Assembly: GCA_030167865.1 (NCBI GenBank)
Contig: JALAGF010002951.1
Span: 1-57,162, forward strand
DNA: 57,162 bases
Direction: 5' to 3'
Source: Craspedostauros australis
Taxonomy: Eukaryota
This document shows, piece after piece, positions 52,405-57,162 of the stretch; positions within the stretch are counted from its first letter, which is position 1; each line of letters begins with the position of its first letter. The position numbers and the translations under genes are program-made. Below the pieces are notes generated by a model. The model was given only the letters and a program-made list of their open reading frames with translations. It made no database searches and was not told the origin of the DNA.

Positions 52405-55101
52405 CTTCGAGGAGGGTATGCTCAAGCTCCTGCGCACCCTTCCAAAGGTCCTCAAGTTCCTCCCAAGTGACAAGGCAGCTGATGCCCGCACTTTCATGAT
52501 GTCCTTCCAGTACTGGCTTGGCGGTAAGTCATGACGCGACTTCACTCGCAGTCGTAATCACTGTCGCAGTTGCACGCTGTGCTTTCACATACTTCGCTTC
52601 AACACTTGAGCATTCATTTTTCACTCACTCACTCTCTTGCACTATGGCGCTCTTCAACAATTCCCCAACGTCACTCCACTCCACACTCAATGCTATGTGC
52701 AACAACAGGATCCCCGGAGAACCTCCAGTCCCTCCTCACCATGGTCGGACAGGACTACGTCGGACCAGTCAAGGCTGCCATGGAGGGCAAGGAGAAGATG
52801 GTCGCCGAGGAGCCGATGCTCCTCCCAGACAAGGCCATCTGGCATCCAGTCGCACCAGATGTCGTCTTCGAGTCCAACACCGACTACTTCAACTGGTACA
52901 ACACCGACTTCTGCCCAGACGCAGGTATCGACCCAAAGACCGCCCCAACCATCGGAATCATCCTCCAGAAGTCCCACATCAACACCAAGGACGACACCCA
53001 TTACGTCTCCCTCATCGCTGAGCTCGAGAGCCGCGGAGCCCGCGTCGTCTCCATCTACTCCGGTGGACTCGACTACTCCGGCCCAGTCGAGGAGTACTTC
53101 TACGATCGTGCCGGCAAGCCAGTGGTTGACACCATCATCAACCTCACCGGTTTCGCCCTCGTCGGAGGACCAGCCTCGCAGGACCATTCCAAGGCCTCGC
53201 AGATCCTCAAGAAGCTCGACGTGCCATACATGTGCGCCGTCCCGCTCGTCTTCCAGTCTTTCGAGGAGTGGCAGTCGTCCGAGCTCGGTCTTCACCCAAT
53301 CCAGGTCGCCCTTCAGGTCTCCCTTCCAGAGATCGACGGTGCCATCGAGCCCATCATTTACGCAGGACGTGAGGGAGCCACCGGACGCAGCGTGCCACTC
53401 GCCGACCGCGTCAACCTCCTCGCCGACCGCGGAATGAAGTGGGCCACGCTCAAGCGCAAGGAGAACCAGGAGAAGAAGATTGCCATCACCATCTTCTCCT
53501 TCCCACCAGACAAGGGTAACGTCGGTACGGCAGCCTACCTCGATGTCTTCGACTCCATCAAGGCTGTCCTCAAGAAGCTCAAGAGCGACGGATACGACGT
53601 CGGTGACGCCCCAGCCTCCAAGGAGGACATCATGGAGTCCATCCTCAACGACCCAGAGGCCAAGATCTCCTCCCCAGAGCTCAATGTCGCCTACCGCATG
53701 AGCCCAGACGAGTACTACGACCTCACCCCATACGCCACCGACCTCGAGGAGAACTGGGGACCGGCCCCAGGAAATCTCAACTCCGATGGCCAGAACCTCG
53801 TCGTCTACGGAAAGCAGTTCGGAAACGTCTTCATCGGCGTCCAGCCATCGTTCGGATACGAGGGAGATCCAATGCGTCTCCTCTTCGCCAAGTCCGCCAG
53901 CCCACACCACGGATTCGCGGCCTACTACACTTACCTTGAGAAGATCTTCAAGGCCGACGCCGTCCTCCACTTCGGCACCCACGGAAGTCTCGAGTTCATG
54001 CCAGGTAAGCAGGTGGGTATGTCTGGAACCTGCTACCCGGATCGCCTCATCAACTCCCTCCCATCCGCGTACCTCTACGCTGCCAACAACCCATCCGAGG
54101 CCACCATCGCCAAGCGTCGCTCGTACTCCGCCACCGTCTCCTACCTCACCCCACCAGCCGAGAACGCCGGACTCTACAAGGGTCTCAAGGAGCTCAAGGA
54201 GCTCATCTCCTCTTACCAGGGACTCCGCGAGAACGAGGGACGTGGACCAGCCATCGTCAACTCCATCGTGTCCACCGCCTGGACATGCAACCTTGACAAG
54301 GACATCGACCTCCCAGACCTCGAGACGTACGACGCGAAGGCGGACAGCACAGAGAACCGTGATGACATTGTCGGTGCGGTTTACGCACAGATCATGCAGA
54401 TCGAATCTCGCCTCCTCCCATGCGGTCTCCACACCGTCGGAGTCCCACCATCCGCCGATGAGGCTGTCGCCACCCTCGTCAACATTGCCCAGCTGGACCG
54501 CCCAGAGGACAAAATCGAGGGCCTCCCACGTGTCATCGCCTCTTCCGTTGGACGTGACATCAACGACATTTACCGCGGTAACAACAACGGTGTCCTCGCC
54601 GATGTCGAGCTCAACACCAAGATCGTGGAGGCATCCCGCGCCGCCGTGCGTGCTCTCGTCGACCAGTCCACCGACGCCAGTGGACGAGTGAAGGAGGTCA
54701 CGTCCGTGTTCGATGAGATGGGTGCCGTCTTCGGATCCATGTTTGGACAGAAGAAGCCATACACCAAGGCAATCATCAACGCTGGATTCCCAGACATCGA
54801 GGAGGATCGCCTCGAGGGTGTCATCAAGTACCTCGAGTTCTGCCTCAAGCAGGTTGTCGCCAACAACGAGCTCCCAGGAATCATGGAGCTCCTCAACGGA
54901 CAGTTCCTCATGCCTGCCCCAGGTGGTGACCCAATCCGCAATCCAGATGTGCTCCCAACCGGCCGCAACATGCACGCCCTCGATCCATCTGCCATTCCAA
55001 CCACGGCCGCCGTCGAGGTGTCCGAGGATGTTGTTCGCAAGCTCCTTGAGAAGCTCGCCGACGAGAACGACGGGCAATTCCCAGAGAGCATCGCCTTCAC
55101 C

Positions 55102-55139
<38 letters not shown>

Positions 55140-56145
55140 CCTGGCTCAGGTCCTTGCCCTCGTCGGTGTCCGCCCAGTTGCCGACTCCCTCGGGCGCGTC
55201 AACAAGGTCGAGCTGATCCCACTCGAGGAGCTCGGTCGTCCACGTATCGACGTCGTCGTCTCCTGCTCCGGTGTCTTCCGCGATCTCTTCATCAATCAGA
55301 TGAACCTCATGGACCGAGGTATCAAGATGGCCGCCGAGGCCGACGAGCCACTCGAGATGAACTTCGTCCGCAAGCACGCCATCGAGCAGGCGGAGGAGCT
55401 CGGAGTCTCTCTACGCGATGCCGCCGCCCGCGTCTTCTCCAACTCTGCTGGATCCTACAGTGCCAACGTCGGTCTCGCCATCGAGAACGGTGGATGGGAG
55501 GATGAGGGTCAGCTCCAGGAGCAGTTCCTCACCCGTAAGGGATTCGCCTTCAACGCCGACAAGCCAGGAATGATGGAGCAGCAGGCCGATCTCTTCAAGT
55601 CCGCCCTCAAGAACGTCGACGTCACCTTCCAGAACTTGGACTCGTCCGAGATCTCCATCACCGACGTGTCCCACTACTACGATTCCGATCCAACCAAGGT
55701 CGTCCAGGGACTCCAGGACGACGGCAGAAAGCCAATGTCTCTCATGGCCGACACCACCACCGCCAACGCTCAGGTCCGCACCCTCTCCGAGACCGTCCGT
55801 CTCGATGCCCGCACTAAGCTCCTCAATCCAAAGTTCTACGAGGGTATGCTCGGAACCGGTTACGAGGGTGTCCGCGAGATCCAGAAGCGTCTCCGCAACA
55901 CCATGGGATGGTCCGCCACCGCTGGTGAGGTCGACAACTTCGTCTTCGAGGACGCCAACTCTGTCTTCATTGAGGATGCCGAGATGCAGCAGCGTCTCCT
56001 GGATACCAACCCAAATGCATTCCGTGACATGGTCACCACCTTCCTCGAGGCCAACGGTCGTGGATACTGGGAGACCACCGACGAGAACATCGAGCGTCTG
56101 CAGGAGCTGTACGCCGAGGTCGAGGACCGCATCGAGGGAGTCTAA
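50715..56145 (+). CDS. chlH: Magnesium chelatase subunit H (plastid), 3 exons: 50715-50770, 51799-52523, 52709-56145, about 1405 aa
   Basis: [71 protein letters not shown] and EVEDRIEGV. The spliced N-terminus [24 protein letters not shown] is a bipartite plastid presequence. Introns 50771-51798 and 52524-52708 are frame-consistent. Confidence 0.97.
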
Positions 56146-57162
56146 ACTCCTTTCGAATGAAACGTGTACATGCATGCGTGAACACTTACCGCAGCGGCCA
56201 TCAGCTCCACACCATGGAGCTGCGACTGCTGCTGAGATACCCCTGATCCTCTGATCGTGCGGAGGATCGGTCTTCTTTCGCGTTGTGTGAACGAACTACT
56301 TGCACAAGGAGGAATTGAACGACGAAACAGACACGCTTACGCACATGCACACGAAGCGGACGAAACACAACTACATGCACCGCAACGACAACAATGACGA
56401 CGACGAATGACCAACATATTTACTGTACAAAGGGTGACGGGGGACGGAGGACGGGGGTTGCTGGCAACGCTGGAATTCTCGGTGATGCCATTTTCTGCGA
56501 AGAGGAAATGGCTGACCGAGGCACCAACCTGCACACAACTGTTTGGAGATTGCTATTCCGCAGAGCAGAATAATCCTTATGTATCTTTAGTCGACCGCAC
56601 TGCCACACCAAATCATGCTCATGCCCCGCGTTGCTCTACCTGTGTCAGAGTTCTACGAGCTACTCATAGGAGAAGACAGATGTTTGGTCGCAGCAAATCC
56701 TTCGTACCATGCTCCCAACACAGACGCGCCTGGCATGAAAGCCGCGACACCAGCCGATCCAAGGCAAATCCACGGGTCGAAAACGACCATCTACCAAGAA
56801 GCCGCGAAGGCAAGTCCAAGCAACACGCTGCCATTTGTCATGACTGCGCTTCCATGGATCCCACGCAACAGATGGAATGTGGTCCATGATGCATGGTGCA
56901 TGATGGATGGGCTTGGTGTTATTATTGCAGAACCCGTGTTTAAGCCCATTCGGGAGACCGACCGAGTACAAGTATTGTAACATATCACAATCACAAGTGT
57001 TGGGTTTGGTTGGGTGCATGGTATGCAGTCTCGTCCATTTAGGACGACCCGAGGGAAAAGCAGCGGACAGGGGCGTGATCATTGACGCATGATTGTTGCG
57101 ATCATTGCAATACTTTCATGATACTGTCGAGTGGAAACAGCGGAAGGAGTGGAAGCAAAGGG

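Noticed and set aside
52693..55377. 894-aa antisense ORF inside chlH (also 55411-56175)
   Set aside because: Explained by the extreme C-ending codon bias of a highly expressed gene, which removes antisense stops.
1..57162. CRISPR arrays, tRNA/rRNA genes, transposase or reverse-transcriptase ORFs
   Set aside because: None seen: the tandem repeats lack unique spacers, GTTCGA hits fall in coding sequence without cloverleaf context, and there are no DDE or RT motifs. Short ncRNAs could still be missed by eye.

Overview
This is eukaryotic nuclear DNA, almost certainly from a diatom (probably a pennate; the species cannot be determined here). The evidence is GT-AG introns, bipartite signal+transit plastid presequences (AFS/AFAP/SAW cleavage motifs) and diatom-typical gene families. 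I can support 18 protein-coding genes: a mitochondrion-targeted THI5/NMT1-like protein (runs off the left edge and is missing from the ORF track), a Golgi-type sulfotransferase-like protein, two paralogous TPR-like proteins ending in AxAA, an MFSD14/TetA-like transporter, plastid HHL1-like, a 1985-aa disordered protein with two DUF6824-like units, a small plastid Cys-pair coiled-coil protein, a GT43 glucuronosyltransferase, a degenerate aldo-keto reductase, a conserved S/K/R-rich nuclear protein, Nup50/Nup2-like, an HMG-box + histone-fold fusion, a mut-7/EXD3-like exonuclease with a very long presequence, PPM1G-like PP2C, a WHEP-domain AspRS, ERCC1 and ChlH. Seven spliced gene models were reconstructed by hand with frame-consistent junctions. 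I found no rRNA, tRNA, CRISPR array or recognisable transposon, and no clear multi-gene novel system. The best leads are the uncharacterised TPR-like AxAA family (both copies have about 3.2 kb upstream regions) and several unusual domain or targeting combinations. Family assignments rest on motif recognition by eye, not database searches.
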